A DNA stretch of 64,000 nt from Octopus sinensis (lineage: Eukaryota), in contig NC_043005.1 of NCBI RefSeq assembly GCF_006345805.1, forward strand, positions 1,612,001-1,676,000, given 5' to 3'. Below are positions 38,085 to 51,905 of the stretch, in pieces. The position numbers were made by a program, and so were the translations under genes. The notes under the pieces were generated by a model. It saw only the letters and a program-made list of their open reading frames with translations, did no database searches and was not told the origin of the DNA. The stretch's first letter is position 1, and each line of letters starts with the position of its first letter.

Positions 38085-39425
38085 AAACTGTTCAAAGGAA
38101 TGCTAACTGGGAAGATAGTTTTTGTATGCGGCAGATGCTCAGGAGCAATAAACACTGAAAATGCGCAGAGAACAACTTCCGCCACATTCCAGGGAGGAAA
38201 ACTAGAAGTAGTTGATAGCTTCCATTACCAAGGTGACCAAGTCAGTAGCGGGGAAGGGTGCGCTGAAAGTGTAGCTGCTAGAATAAGAATAGCTTGGGCA
38301 AAAATCAAAGAGCTCTTACCTCTGCTGGCGACAAAGGGCCTCTCGCTCAGAGTAAAAGGTAGACTGTATGACGCTTGTGTACAAACAGCCATGCTACATG
38401 GCAGTGACATATGGGCTGTGACTGCTGAGGACATGCATAAGCTCACAAGGAATGAAGCCAGTATGCTCCGATGGATATGTAATGTCAATGTGCATACTCG
38501 ACAGCGTGTAGGTACCTTGAGAGAAATGTTGGACCGAAGAAGCATCAGATGTGGTGTGCAAAAGAGATGACTGTGCTGGTATGGTCATGTGGTGAGAATG
38601 GATGAGGATAACTGTGTGAAAAAGCATCACACCCTAGCGGTTGAGGGAAACTGTAGAAGAGGTAGACTCAGGAAGGCCTGGGATGAGGTAGTGATGCACG
38701 ACCTTCGAACTTTAGGCCTCACCAAGGAAATGACTAGTAACCAAGACTTTTGGAAATATGCCGTGCGTGAGAAGACCCAGTAAGCCAAGTGAGACCATAA
38801 TCTCGTGGCCTATGCCAAGGGTGTAACAAGCCCACTTATGTGTACCTTTTCCTTCTTTGGACACTAAACTCTGCTTGCGAAGACCTGTTTAGGCAAGTGA
38901 AATTAAAATCAAATTTGATGACTGATATCCATGCTAGCTGGGTGCAAAGAGCACCATACGAGCGTGATCGTTGACAGAGCGGCTAACCAGCTTCCATGCC
39001 GGTGGCACATAAAAGGCACCATTCGAGCATGATCATTACCAGCGTTGCCTTACTGGCACTCGAGCCCCGTGCTAGTAGGATATTAAGAGCACCATCCGAG
39101 CGTGATCGTTGCCAGAGTGGCTATCTGGCTTCTGTGCCAGTGGCATGTAAAAGACACCATTCGAGCGTGATTGTTATCAGTATCGCCTTATTGGCACCTC
39201 TGCTGGTGGCATGTGTAAAAGATTCGAGCGTGGTCATTACCAGTACCGCCTGACTGGCACGTAAAAGCACCCACTACACTCACGGAGTGGTTGGCGTTAG
39301 GAAGGGCATCCAGCTGTAGAAACTCTGCCAGATCAGGATTGAAGCCTGGTGCAGCCATCTGGTTTGCCAGTCCTCAGTCATTGGTCCATCCCATGCTAGC
39401 ATGGAAAGCGGACGATGATGATGTT
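38085..39425 (+). mobile_element. 5'-truncated RTE LINE with repeated 3' UTR units
   Basis: VFVCGRC, LEVVDSFHYQGD, RGRLRKAW, 3' UTR and (TGA)n tail. Confidence 0.88.
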
Positions 39426-40139
39426 GCACGTGGATCTTATTACACTCTTCAAAAATGCTAAACCAGTGTACTACACTTTGACAATTTTCATCTGAAACAG
39501 CTGGAGATACGATAGTTTGGCCAAAAGAACCAGCTATTGCAAGAAAAATTAAATATTGAAAAAAAAATGCATTTGGCCAAATTTGGACATACAATAGTTT
39601 AACATAATAGCAATATATGTATATGTGTGTGTGTGTTGGTGTGTATATCAATATAATTCTTAATATATGTTCCATGTTGATCCATTAAGAGCCAATCTGG
39701 TTATGCGTAGCTGATTTTTGTTTGGCAAAAGGGAAATAGGATTTAGAAATAAATTCTATATTTTACACTGCTTGTTGTTTTCTTAACGAAGTTTATTTTT
39801 TATGAAATAGTTTTAGGTCCTACTTGATGTTCTTTTTTTCTTTTCTCAATTTGCTGAGAGAGTTTTTGTTTTTTAGTTGTTGTTTTTTTTGGGGGGGGGG
39901 GTCTGTTACACATTGGTATCCGTCTATCTCACAGAATCAAGTGCTTGTGGGAATAGGTGTGTTTATATGGGGCATGCTTTCAACAGATCCTAATCAACTT
40001 TTCACACAGTAACTTCATTCCCTCATTAACATTGAGATTGCCAATTTGCTTCAAGGATTTCAGTTTCAATTTCATTCCACTTGGCCTTCCTGAAATTCAA
40101 GTTCATGTAGAGGGAGTCACATTTGATGCTATTTGTGAC

Positions 40140-40880
40140 TGTTGCCCTCTTTGAACCCTTTGAACCAGGTAATTGTATAATGTTGTGGTTGGAAATAGCT
40201 GTGGGAATGATCTGAACATTGTGAGTGAAGTCTGTATTGTGAGTGAAGTCTGTATTGTGAGTGAAGTCTGTAAAGACTCGGTTGAGTATGTTTTACCCCT
40301 CTAGTTTGACGGATAATGATTTGTTGTATGAAGAAGTCTTTTAGAGTATCAAAAAAGACATTCATATCTCTCCCGTTCAGTTGTATAATTTCAGGTTGGA
40401 CATAAACCCTCAGGCCAGCTGAGATTAGGAAAACTAAAATCCTCTCCTAAAACTTCATTGGTCAGTTGGCTGGCCTCATTTGTGGCTTGGCTTATGAACA
40501 ACAAAGCATCTTTGATCTCCATGGCTGCATCAGGAAGACAGTGGGTAATACTGAGGATAAAATTGAGGTTGATCGTGTGCATTATTAGTGTTGGAGTCAG
40601 AGAGGGTGAAAATTTGTTGCCGGGTCTTCTTGGATGAAAATTGCTATTTCTCCTTGTTTCCATATTCTTTGGTCAGTTCTGAGTGGTACATAACCTCCCA
40701 TATGTACTTCCACATCCAATATGTCTGGGGTCAGGCGCGTTTCGCTTAGTGCTACACATATTGTCTTTTCTCGCTGTGCAAGGTCTCTCTTGCTGTGCGA
40801 GATCTCTAAGATATGATACTTATGTTCAATTTGAAATATTTTGTACATTTGGCATTATTATAAAGTTGAGTTTGTGAGTT
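40140..40880 (-). mobile_element. CR1/L2-type APE endonuclease fragment
   Basis: VALSETRLTPDILDVEVHMGGY..LRTD, GEIAIFI, DFSFPNLSW, LKDFFIQQII; an 18-bp unit x3 at about 40220-40272. Confidence 0.65.
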
Positions 40881-41099
40881 AATGAGAGAAATGGTGTGTG
40901 GTTGGGCATTGGGGTAATAGCTGTAGTTGATAGCCACAGGTTTTTTTAATCCTTTCTTTTGTTAGATTCATCTTGGTTTTGTGGCTCTTGATTTTACAAT
41001 AAATATCTGGTTGACTTCTGAGTTTCGATGAAAGTCTGGACCAACACTGCAACTGCAAGGGATATTTCTTCTGTGGATTTCGTGGTTGCTTGAAGTCAT

Positions 41100-41676
41100 G
41101 CTTTTACTTGTGAATTGAGTCCCTAAAAGATTTGCATTCCTTTAACCTTCTGGCAACCTTTTTGCACTTCTGGCAGTGAATTCTGGCTGTCAAGATGCTT
41201 GTAAATGCTTTCTGAAAGCAATCTTGCTAACAGCTTCCACCCTAATGGTAAGAAAGTGATTGGGCTATAATTACTGGCTGTATTACCCTTGCTTTTGTCT
41301 TTCATAATGAGTATTGCCCTCCCTCAAGTCATCAAATCTGGTATTATTCCTCCATTAAGACAATCCTGAAGTCGATCCCTCAGCCTCCCATGTGAACTAA
41401 TAAATTTCTTTAGCTAGTACCCTTGAACTAAATCTACTTCTGGGCCCTCCCAATTCAGCATTTTCCATAACACTTTACTCATTAAAGTACTAGTTAATCT
41501 TAAATCTGGTCGCTTCTCATTCACCATCTCCAGTACTTTCTCCTCTGGTCTCTCTCAAATAATCTATTCTGTTGATACTGATCTATTCTTTTCTGTTATC
41601 TGGAAAGCTAACCTGCAACGGCTATGATACGCTGTTTCAACTCTCCCATGACTGTCCTAAATTTTATCTCTTTGAC
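41100..41676 (-). mobile_element. R4/Dong RT fragment
   Basis: KDKSKGNTASNYSPITFLPLGWKLL...LPEVQKGC; 5' end abuts a TAA tract. Confidence 0.75.
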
Positions 41677-41718
<42 letters not shown>

Positions 41719-42114
41719 ATGACATAAACTCTCAGCCTATTTTGCTGGGTATGATGGAGAGTGTCAGCTGTCCACAGCCAGCAGACTAAGGTGACATTTG
41801 TTTACTGGTCAGGCTTCAAGAATCCTGCAAAGAATTCTTGCAGTTCCAAGCAATGCTGATTCTTGTAGGTGTTCTACCTTCACGCTTGCGCCAATCTTTT
41901 TTATCCATGTTGGTCCACTGGGCTGCTCCAATAGTAACAATCCATAACCATCATGTTTACCTGTTTACTCCACTTATGTCTTGTAGCATGGTTAACAGTT
42001 GCTGGATTATGACCAGGCCCACCCTGCTGCACAGAGGGGCAACTGCCACATGTGACACCTTCACCATTGGTTCCAGTCCTGTTCACACCATTATCATCAT
42101 CTATTTTGCTTGGC
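41719..42114 (-). mobile_element. Internally deleted R4/Dong derivative (N-terminus fused to C-terminus and 3' UTR)
   Basis: MPSKIDDDNG...RHKWSKQVNMMVMDCYYWSSPVD joined within about 10 nt to WIKKIGASVKVEHLQESALLGTARILCRILEA*. Confidence 0.7.
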
Positions 42115-42126
42115 ATAATAATAATA

Positions 42127-42220
<94 letters not shown>

Positions 42221-42222
<2 letters not shown>

Positions 42223-43340
42223 TATGTTTGACTTTTGCTTTATATTTGTACAAGTTGGCTCCAAGTCTCACCCAGAGACCTCAAGAGACAACAGGTTGGA
42301 AGTTCACGTTGTTGTTATGCCTAGTGTGCCATATATTTGGTTGTTTTTTTTCTTTTGGTGTTGTACTAGTGGATATCTAAAAAAAAAAAATTATGTTTGT
42401 TTTAAACCTTGAGATTACATAGAAAGTATTTTGCGTAGGATATGAGCAGTTCCCATGAGCACTATCTTTTGAATTTCTGCCATTTTGGGGTTTGGGTATC
42501 TGAGTTAGGTAGCAATCAGCCCCTTTCGCTATCATTCCCAGGGCACCTATGACAACAGGTATTGTTTTAGTTTTCAGGTTCCACATTTTGCTGATTTCTA
42601 TTTCAAGATCTTTATATTTGCTCAGTTCATGGTAGGTCTTGACAGTTACGTTTATATCGATTGGGATTGTCATATCAATGAGGAGGCATGTTCTTTGTCT
42701 GAAGTCTTTCAATATGATGCCTGGCCTATTTGCATCTATCTTTCCGTCAGTTTGAATGGTGAAGTTCCAGAGGAGTGAGATGTGGTCATTTTGAAGCACT
42801 GGAGGTGGTTTGTGTTCCCATCAGTTTTTTTCATGGGGCAAATCCAGGTTTTTGCAGATTACCCAGTGAATATATTGTGCAGCTCCATCATGCCTGTTGA
42901 GATACTCTGTAGGCGCTAGAAGACTGCACTTGGAGACAACATGATCAATGGTTTCATTTTGTTGTTGACATACACGACATGTTGGGCTACTGCCGTTCTT
43001 TAATATGTTGGCCCGGTAGTTTCTTGTTGGTAGGGATTGATCTTGAGCTGCTATGATAAACCCTTCTGTTTCAGATTTTAAGCCAGAGGCCATTAGCCAT
43101 TGATGGGTCAGGGCTTTGTCAACATCTGCATTATTCGCTCTCTTTGGGTATTTGCCATAGAGAGGTTTTTCTTGCCATTTATCATTCAGAATATCTAAGG
43201 CCGCAGTTTTGGCACGTGTTTTCATGTGCTTAGCTTTTTCTGTGCTTGTTTCTTGTATGTCAATCTCTAATTCCGAAATTGGTTGTATTCGGAATTCACT
43301 TAGATATTCCTTTGCCTGTTTTGTTACTGAGTATGATGTT
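42221..43340 (-). mobile_element. 5'-truncated R4/Dong LINE, family B (zinc knuckle and RLE)
   Basis: KPLYGKY, SETEGFIIAAQDQSL, CRVCQQQNETIDHVVSKC, RPGIILKD..CLLIDMTIP, PVVIGALG; ends in (TAA)n. Confidence 0.9.
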
Positions 43341-43360
43341 TTCTTCTTCTTCTTCTTCTT

Positions 43361-43457
<97 letters not shown>

Positions 43458-43458
<1 letters not shown>

Positions 43459-46400
43459 TTTTTTTTTTCTTCTTTCAAATTTTCTTCCATTTCTTGCCGA
43501 GTGTCTTCCCGACTCCTAGGGCAAAGAAACTCATAGTGTATATTGGTAGGCCATTAAACCAAACTCAGTAGTTCGTTCATTTTTTTTTTTTTTTAAGTTA
43601 AATTAAAATACATGAGCAGCAACAGTTCTCACATCGACAATGCTCTTCTCAATACGTGTGATGTACCAGTTAAGACAATCTTTTGCACTTCTTGCAGGGA
43701 TGGTAAGCCAGGGATCATTCTCATATAATTTTCGGTTCCCTTCTTGATCATTCCTAGTGCTCCTACGATCACTGGTATTGTAACCGCCTTGAGATGTCAC
43801 ATTTTCTCAATTTCAATGAGTAGGTCTTTATATTTTCTGAGCTTGTCAAACTCTTTCGCTGAGATATTATGATCACAGGGGATGCTCATGTCGATCAATA
43901 AGCAAACTTTATTGTTTTGGTCTTTCACAACAATATCTGGTTTATTGGCCTTGATGGTTCGGTCTGTATGTACTGGAAAGTCCCACAGAATGGTTACATT
44001 TTCTCCTTCAGTTACAGCCTCAGGGTGGTGATTATACCACTTGTCGGCAGTTTTGATATTGTAATGCCGACTTATTAGCCAGTGGAGATATTGGCCAACT
44101 CTGTCATGTCTTAATTTATACTCCACTGGTGCTAAAACTTTACATCCAGAGATTAGGTGGTCCACTGTTTCAATCATGTCGTTGCAGAATCGGCATTTTG
44201 GGTCTGCTCCATTTTTCATCACATTGGCCTGGTAGTTCCGGGTTAATAGGCTTTGGTCTTGAGCAGCCAGGATGAAACCTTCGCTCTCTGCTTTTAGCCT
44301 GCGCTCCGCAGCCACTGATGGGTTTGCTTCTGGTCAACATCAGCTTGTTTGCTGCGGGTCACATATTTGCCGTGCAGAGGTTCTCCTCCCACCTATCAGC
44401 CAATTGCTCGTGCGCTTTTTTCATTGCCATCATTTTCACCTTCTTTGCAACAATAGTTGCCGTACTTCCCTCGGGTTGTTCAGTTTGGGTATCCTGCACG
44501 AGATCAATAGCAAATTTTTTGCTTTCCTTGATGATAGAATGAAGCTTCTTTCATCTCTCGTGATTTTCCACGAGCTTTAGCATCCAGTCATTCGATATTT
44601 CGAGATATTTGGCCAGTCCAATTGTGGTTGTTTTGTAAGCTAGTTCAAATTGGATCAGGCCTCGACCTCCTTGGGCTCTGGGAAGGTAAAGGCGATCTAC
44701 GTCTGCCTTTGGGTGGTGCATCCTATTACAACTCAGCAGCTTGCGTATTTTTCTATCTATATTCTTTACTTCACTCATATTCCAGTTCAACACATTGTAG
44801 CTATAAGTAACAACTGGAACTGCTAAGGAATTTATAGCTAACACCTTGTTACGTGCATTTAGTTCAGATTTCAGGACTGCACGAACTCTCCTATAACATT
44901 CCTTCCTGATTTTCTCTTTCATGCTTGCATGCTGAATACCAGAGCCTTCATTTATCCCTAAATATTTGTATGTCTGTTCTTGCTCAAGCTCTCTTATGAC
45001 TGTGTCAACATCTAACACGACTGAATTTGTGGTCTTCACTTTCCCTTTCTGGAAAGTGGCCTTGGCACACTTCTCAAGTCCAAACTCCATCCCGATGTCA
45101 TCGCTGAATGCTTTCATGGTGCGCAATAGGCCTTCAAGTTCATTATTGTCTTTACCATAAAGTTTTAAGTCATCCATATAAAATAGATGGCTTATTTTTT
45201 TATTGGCAATTTTATACCCATACCCTGTTCTGTTTAATTCACTTGTAAGGGGTATTAGGGCTATGCAGAATATTAAAGGTGAAAGTGAGTCACCTTGAAA
45301 AATTCCACAGTTGATGTTTATATTTTCTGAGGCAAGTACTCCATTAGAGTGGTATAATTGGAGATTCGTATTCCACAACGACATATTGTGCTTCAGGAAG
45401 TTTGAAATCACAGGGGAAATTTTAAAGATGTCCAGCGATCTCAAGATCCATGGATGCGGTATACTGTCGAAGGCCTTTTTATAGTCAATCCATGCGGTGC
45501 TGAGATTTCTGCGCTTGTTGTGACAGTTCTCAAGGATCATACGATTGATTAGCAGTTGATCTTTGCATCCGTAAGAGCCTCGGCGGCACCCTTTTTGTTC
45601 AATGGGGAAAATATCGTTCTTCTCCATGAATGCATATGTTTCTCTCCGCCAGGATAGATGTTAGGATTTTATACGTGGTGGATAGACAGGTTATAGGCCG
45701 ATAGTTTTTTGGAAGGTTGGTTTCGTTATTCTTTGGGAGTAGGTAAGTAATGCCACTTGCTAACCATTCAGGTGTTTTATTTGGGTCTCTCAAAATTCCA
45801 TTGAGCAGCTGAACTAGCTTACCGTGTGCGCACGGGAGCGATGCGAGCCAGAAATTCGGCACCCTATCTTTACCGGGGGATTTCAATTATGGGCCTTCGT
45901 GAGTGCCTTTCTTAGGTCTGCTATTGTGATGTCTTCCCATGCTTGTTGTTGTAAATTTTGGTAGGATCCTTCAGTTTGTATAATCCAGTCTGCATTTATG
46001 TTGTACGTCTTCTTGTCACTCCAAATCCTTTTCCAAAAGTTTTGAACTTCTTCCATGGGAGGGGGGTCTTTAACGGTTACTTTATCCTTCCCTATTTCTC
46101 TGTAGAATTTTTTGGCATTGGATGTGAACAGCTTATTTTGCTTGTAAAACTTGTTTCTCTTCTCAAATCTTCGTATTCTTTGGGCTTTTGCTTGGACTTT
46201 TTGTTTCAGCGTTTCTTTTATGATATCAGTTCTTCTCTTGGTGAGGATCCAAATTTTCTCTTCATCTTTCTTCCTGTTCTGGATCTTACATCATTTCCAC
46301 ATATTAGTTCATTTAATATTGATATTTCCCCTCTCATAAATTCAATCTCTTTTTCAATTTTACTTCTCCAGGTTTGATTTCTTCCCAGGTTTTGTTTTCT

Positions 46401-47561
46401 TTGTTTTTTCGGGGGCATACAGCTGTTTCAATTGCCCTAGCAGAAGCGTAAATAATTTCATTTAACTCAGTAAAATCAGGTTTTAATTCTCGTATTATTT
46501 CATTTGTTACATAGTTGCCAATTTGGATTTGTTTTTTATTTTGGTTTGTATTTGAGAGTTTATGAAGCGGTTCTCTATCATTCATACTTGTATATCTTAC
46601 AACTTCAAGCGTATTCAGGATTTTCTGCCTCATTTCTGCCATAGACTCTCTGTGTTCTTCAGCAAATGCGAGATCTCTTCAGTTACTGTGTTTTTTCGTT
46701 TTCCTGGCTATCTTTAACAGGTACAATAGAATTTCTTGTATCTTCAGGCCTTTGCGTACTTTGGTCAGATGGCAGTCTTTCAATTAAGCCTCGTGGCGGG
46801 CTATACTGTTCATCTGATTCTTCATTTCCTTTGTGTCTTATATTTGTCATTTTCCGTTGCGTGCTTGATCGCACTTATTTCACTGTCTGTGAGTCTGTTA
46901 TTTCTAAAGATATCCCTCCTCACATTTGCTAATTTGTTCTCGTCCAAATAGGGCCTACTGTCTTGATTCCGTGTTCTCCATATACTGTAAGAGTTTGCGG
47001 TGTGTCTCTCTTGAGATGGCCTACCTAATGCATAGTAATAAGCGTATATTACTTCTTTATACTCTTCTCGGGTCCATTTGTTCCGCTTACATTTTTCTTT
47101 CTGTGGTGGTTGTGGTGGTGAACTTGGAGGGCTCGAGTTGGGGGATTTCCCGTTCAAGTGACCATCCATGTCCGTATTCGGAGAAGAGTTTGTGCCAGTT
47201 GATGACTTTTCGATCCCAGGCTGGCTCTTCCCTGGGGGACGCGCTTCCAGATTAACCATAGGACAAGCGATTTGGTATACTGATTTAGTTTTCCTTTTAG
47301 TTTCCAAAAACATTTTGGTGCTACGATAATGTTATCATTTTTTAGCTTTGATTGGCTCGTGGGGAGACGGCCATCATTGCCGTTACAATTATAATCGTAC
47401 CATTATAGCAGCCGTAGTCGGCTTATTATTGTTATTATCTTCACCATTACCATCACTATCATCATTATCACCACCATTACCATCATCATCATCATCATCA
47501 CCATCACCATCACCACCATCATCATCAATGATATTGTCTTATGTGTAGTCACAGCAGTATC
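43458..47561 (-). mobile_element. Full-length (~4.1 kb) R4/Dong-clade LINE, family C copy 1, recently disabled
   Basis: Myb-like KRNKWTREEYKEVIYAYY; RT motifs SPGKDRVPNFWL, NYRPITCL, EQKGCRRGSYGCKDQLLIN, WIDYKKAFDSIPH, GIFQGDSLSP, HLFYMDDLKLY; CRFC...H...C knuckle; KPDIVV..CLLIDMSIP..KEFDKLRKY RLE; TAA tracts both sides; several frameshifts and stops. Confidence 0.95.
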
Positions 47562-47567
47562 TTATTA

Positions 47568-47613
<46 letters not shown>

Positions 47614-47615
47614 CA

Positions 47616-47697
<82 letters not shown>

Positions 47698-47701
<4 letters not shown>

Positions 47702-47916
47702 TAGTTTTATTTTTATAGCGTGCTTTCACTTCACTACCGAGCGCAGCTCTGTATGCCTTGGGTATGTGCTGTGATTTGTTGTGATGCTCTGATGGTTATT
47801 GTATGGAAAGTGTTCTGCGTAGGATTTGTGCAATGCCTAGTAGTGCAATTTTCTGTATGTTAAATGTGTTTGTAAATCCTGGTGTTTTTGTTACGTATTT
47901 TTTACGTATTTGTTAC

Positions 47917-47918
<2 letters not shown>
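47698..47918 (-). mobile_element. ~220-bp 3' end of another R4/Dong family (D)
   Basis: KYVTKTPGFTNTFNIQKIALLGIAQILRRTLSIQ*, then UTR and (TAA)n. Confidence 0.8.
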
Positions 47919-47949
<31 letters not shown>

Positions 47950-47950
<1 letters not shown>

Positions 47951-49074
47951 TTTTTTTTTCTTCTTTCAGATTTCCTTCCATTTCTTGCCGAGTGTCTTCC
48001 CGACTCCTAGGGCAAAGAAACTCATAGTGTATATTGGTAGGCCATTAAACCAAACTCAGTAGTTCGTTCATTTTTTTTTTTTTTTTTTAAGTTAAATTAA
48101 AATACATGAGCAGCAACAGTTCTCACATCGACAATGCTCTTCTCAATACGTGTGATGTACCAGTTAAGACAATCTTTTGCACTTCTTGCAGGGATGGTAA
48201 GCCAGGGATCATTCTCATATAATTTTCGGTTCCCTTCTTGATCATTCCTAGTGCTCCTACGATCACTGGTATTGTAACCGCCTTGAGATGCTACATTTTC
48301 TCAATTTCAATGAGTAGGTCTTTATATTTTCTGAGCTTGTCAAACTCTTTCGCTGAGATATTATGATCACAGGGGATGCTCATGTCGATCAATAAGCAAA
48401 CTTTATTGTTTTGGTCTTTCACAACAATATCTGGTTTATTGGCCTTGATGGTTCAGTCTGTATGTACTGGAAAGTCCCACAGAATGGTTACATTTTCTCC
48501 TTCAGTTACGGCCTCAGGGTGGTGATTATACCACTTGTCGGCAGTTTTGATATTGTAATGCCGACTTATTAGCCAGTGGAGATATTGGCCAACTCTGTCA
48601 TGTCTTAATTTATACTCCACTGGTGCTAAGACTTTACATCCAGAGATTAGGTGGTCCACTGTTTCAATCATGTCGTTGCAGAATCGGCATTTTGGGTCTG
48701 CTCCATTTTTGATCACATTGGCCTGGTAGTTCCGGGTTAATAGGCTTTGGTCTTGAGCAGCCAGGATGAAACCTTCGCTCTCTGCTTTTAGCCCTGAGCT
48801 CCATAGCCACTGATGGGTTTGCTTCTGGTCAACATCAGCTTGTTTGCTGCGGGTCACATATTTGCCGTGCAGAGGTTTCTCCTCCCACCTATCAGCCAAT
48901 TGCTCGTGCCCTTTTTTCATTGCCATCATTTTCACCTTCTTTGCAACAATAGTTGCTGTACTTCCCTCGGGTTGTTCAGTTTGGGTATCCTGCACGAGAT
49001 CAATAGCAAATTTTTTGCTTTCCTTGATGATAGAATGAAGCTTCTTTCGTCTCTCGTGATTTTCCACGAGCTTT
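47950..49074 (-). mobile_element. 5'-truncated family C copy 2
   Basis: About a dozen differences from 43458-44578 by eye; truncated at taaagctcg, abutting (TAA)n. Confidence 0.95.
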
Positions 49075-49112
49075 ATTATTATTATTATTTATTATTATTA
49101 TTATTATTATTA

Positions 49113-49197
<85 letters not shown>

Positions 49198-49223
49198 CAT
49201 CATTATTATTATTATTATTATTA

Positions 49224-49675
49224 CTTTTTTTTTTCTTCTTTCAAATTTGCTTCCATTTCTTGCCGAGTGTCTTCCCGACTCCTAGGGCAAAGAAACTCAT
49301 AGTATACATTGGTAGGCCATTAAACCAAACTCAATAGTTCGTTCATTTTTAAAAAAAAATTTTTTTTTAAGTTATATTAAAATACATGAGCAGCAACAGT
49401 TCTCACATCGACAATGCTCTTCTCAATACGTGTGATGTACCAGTTAAGACAATCTTTTGCACTTCTTGCAGGGATGGTAAGCCAGGGATCATTCTCATAT
49501 AATTTTTGGTTCCCTTCTTGATCATTCCTAGTGCTCCTACGATCACTGGTATTGTAACCGCCTTGAGATGCCACATTTTCTCAATTTCAATGAGTAGGTC
49601 TTTATATTTTCTGAGCTTGTCAAACTCTTTCGCTGAGATATTATGATCACAGGGGATGCTCATGTCGATCAATAA
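49224..49675 (-). mobile_element. 5'-truncated family C copy 3
   Basis: Same 3' end as copies 1 and 2; IDMSIPCDH...EKMWHLKAVTIPVIVGALG...RRALSM*. Confidence 0.95.
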
Positions 49676-49683
49676 TTATTATA

Positions 49684-49804
<121 letters not shown>

Positions 49805-50169
49805 GCATTATTATTGTTATTGATGCTGTTTCCCTTGGGCTTTGCAATATTTGGCAACATTTTTGTGGATAAAACATAGCTCAAAACACTTCAGTCTGAT
49901 AGATAAAAGAAGCAATTTTTTTTCCTGCCAGTTTAAGAAGACTTTGTGAATGATAAGTGCCAAACGTTTTGCCGAACAATTATATTAAGAATGAATAGAA
50001 ATAAGGTCTCAGGGGAACACATTAAATATCTGTTTATTTAGAGATTAATAAAGTAATTGGTAGAGAGGTTTAGTGCAAAATAGGGAAGTGTGTGGCCCAG
50101 AGAGCACAACGCTTCTCTACATTTTCTTTCATTAGCCACAAAGACCCATACATACCATACAAATCAAGT

Positions 50170-50400
50170 GTGGATTTATATCATCATCATCATTTACTGT
50201 CCATTGTCCATACTGGTATGGGTTGGACAGTTTGACCAGGGCTGACAAGCTGGAACGCTGCATCAGGTTCCAATCTGATTTGGCATGGTTTCTATGGCTG
50301 GATGCCCTTCCTAATCCTAACCACTCCAAGAGTGTAATGGGTGCTTTGATGTGCCACCAGCATTTATGTGCCATTTGTATGACACCAGTATCTGCCAGGA
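50170..50400 (-). mobile_element. RTE 3' UTR fragment
   Basis: Family 3' UTR with (TGA)n tail. Confidence 0.8.
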
Positions 50401-50844
50401 TTTGTAAATAATAAATGGATTTAGAGGTAAAAACAAAACAATGTAAAAGAAAATATAAAGAAAAGTTAAAATATTTACTACAGGAGTTGGATCTGGCCAT
50501 CCATGACCCTCACTACTGTCTGTTTTGACCACTTTTAGCAAATTTATGATATTACCCATGAGAATCTTCAATTTTCACAGAAAGGAAAAGACTCCTAGTT
50601 TTTTTTTAGTGAGTCTTTGTTATTTATTGATAACACCTGTTGGTCTGGTTTCTCATTAACAGTCAATCATTTTAATAAGCAATACATTCATCTCTGATCT
50701 CTTCTTCCTCCACAATCAAAACAATATTCTTTTTGCCCTTCATCAGGTTCCTCTTACTGGTTCACAAAACCATAAAACTTAAGTAATCTCAAAGGCAAGC
50801 ACCTCTTCATCACAGACTTCTCAGCTCTAACTTACTTTTAATAT

Positions 50845-51905
50845 CATCACCATTGTCATTGTTTAATGTTCACCTTCCATGCTGGTGAGGGTGGGATGGT
50901 TTGGCAACAGCCAGCCAGGCAGAAGCCTGCACCAGACTTCTGCGACTGTTTGGCAGGGTTTTTACAGCTGGATGCCCTTCCTAACACCAACCACTCAGCA
51001 GAGTGGGCTTAGTGCTTTTTATGTGACAAAAGCACAGGCGTGGTCAGTTTTGGCAAGATTTTTACGGCTGGATGCCTTTATTCTATAAACAGTACTTTCA
51101 GAGCATACTCCACCATTGCTAATTTGGTCACCTAGGTAACAGAAACTATCTACAACATCAAGAGAGACTCCTGGGCATTTGAGAGAATCTAAGTCCTGTG
51201 TACTCTTAGTGCTTATTGTTCCTGCTCCCCTGCCACATACAAAGACAACTTTATCCGTTAATCTACCTGTGATTCCACTGCACTTCTTATGCATCCAGTG
51301 TAAACTAGGTGCAGTGAATTGGATTTCTTCTAACTCCTTTCCTACATATTGAGCAGGGCCATTTACCTGACAGAAAGAAAGGGTTATCTTCTTTCTTACT
51401 AACAACAACTTTGGCCTTTGCTAAGTCAACTTTAAGGCCCTTTGATTCCAGGTTGTTTCCATACCTGAAATTTCTTACCCAATTCTGCTAAAGATTCTGC
51501 AGTAAGAGCCAGGTCATCAGCATATAGCAGTTCCCACCCAGTTTTTAATTCCTCTATTATGGTCTGGAGGTCTATAATGAATAAGAGTGGGCTGAGAACT
51601 GAGCCCTGGTGAACTCCTACTCGTACACTAAATTCATCACTGTATTCGTGGCTGACTCTCACCCTACTTACAGCACCACTGTACATGGCTTGTACAACTC
51701 TAACAAGCAACTCCTCTACTCCTAACCTCCTTAGAGGCCACCATATAACAGAGCGGGGAACTTTGTCGAAAGCTTTCACCAGGTTGATGAAGGCTAAGTA
51801 CAATGGCCAAGTACTTTTCTTGCAGTTGTCTTACTCAGAAGATGGCATCTGTGATACTCTTCTGATGTACAAAACCAAACTGCATCTCATCTAGTTTAAT
51901 TCTAA
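50845..51905 (-). mobile_element. Internally deleted RTE LINE fragment
   Basis: AFINLVKAFDKVP, GVHQGSVLSP, ELLYADDLAL, WMHKKCS..VFVCGRG, 3' UTR. Confidence 0.85.
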
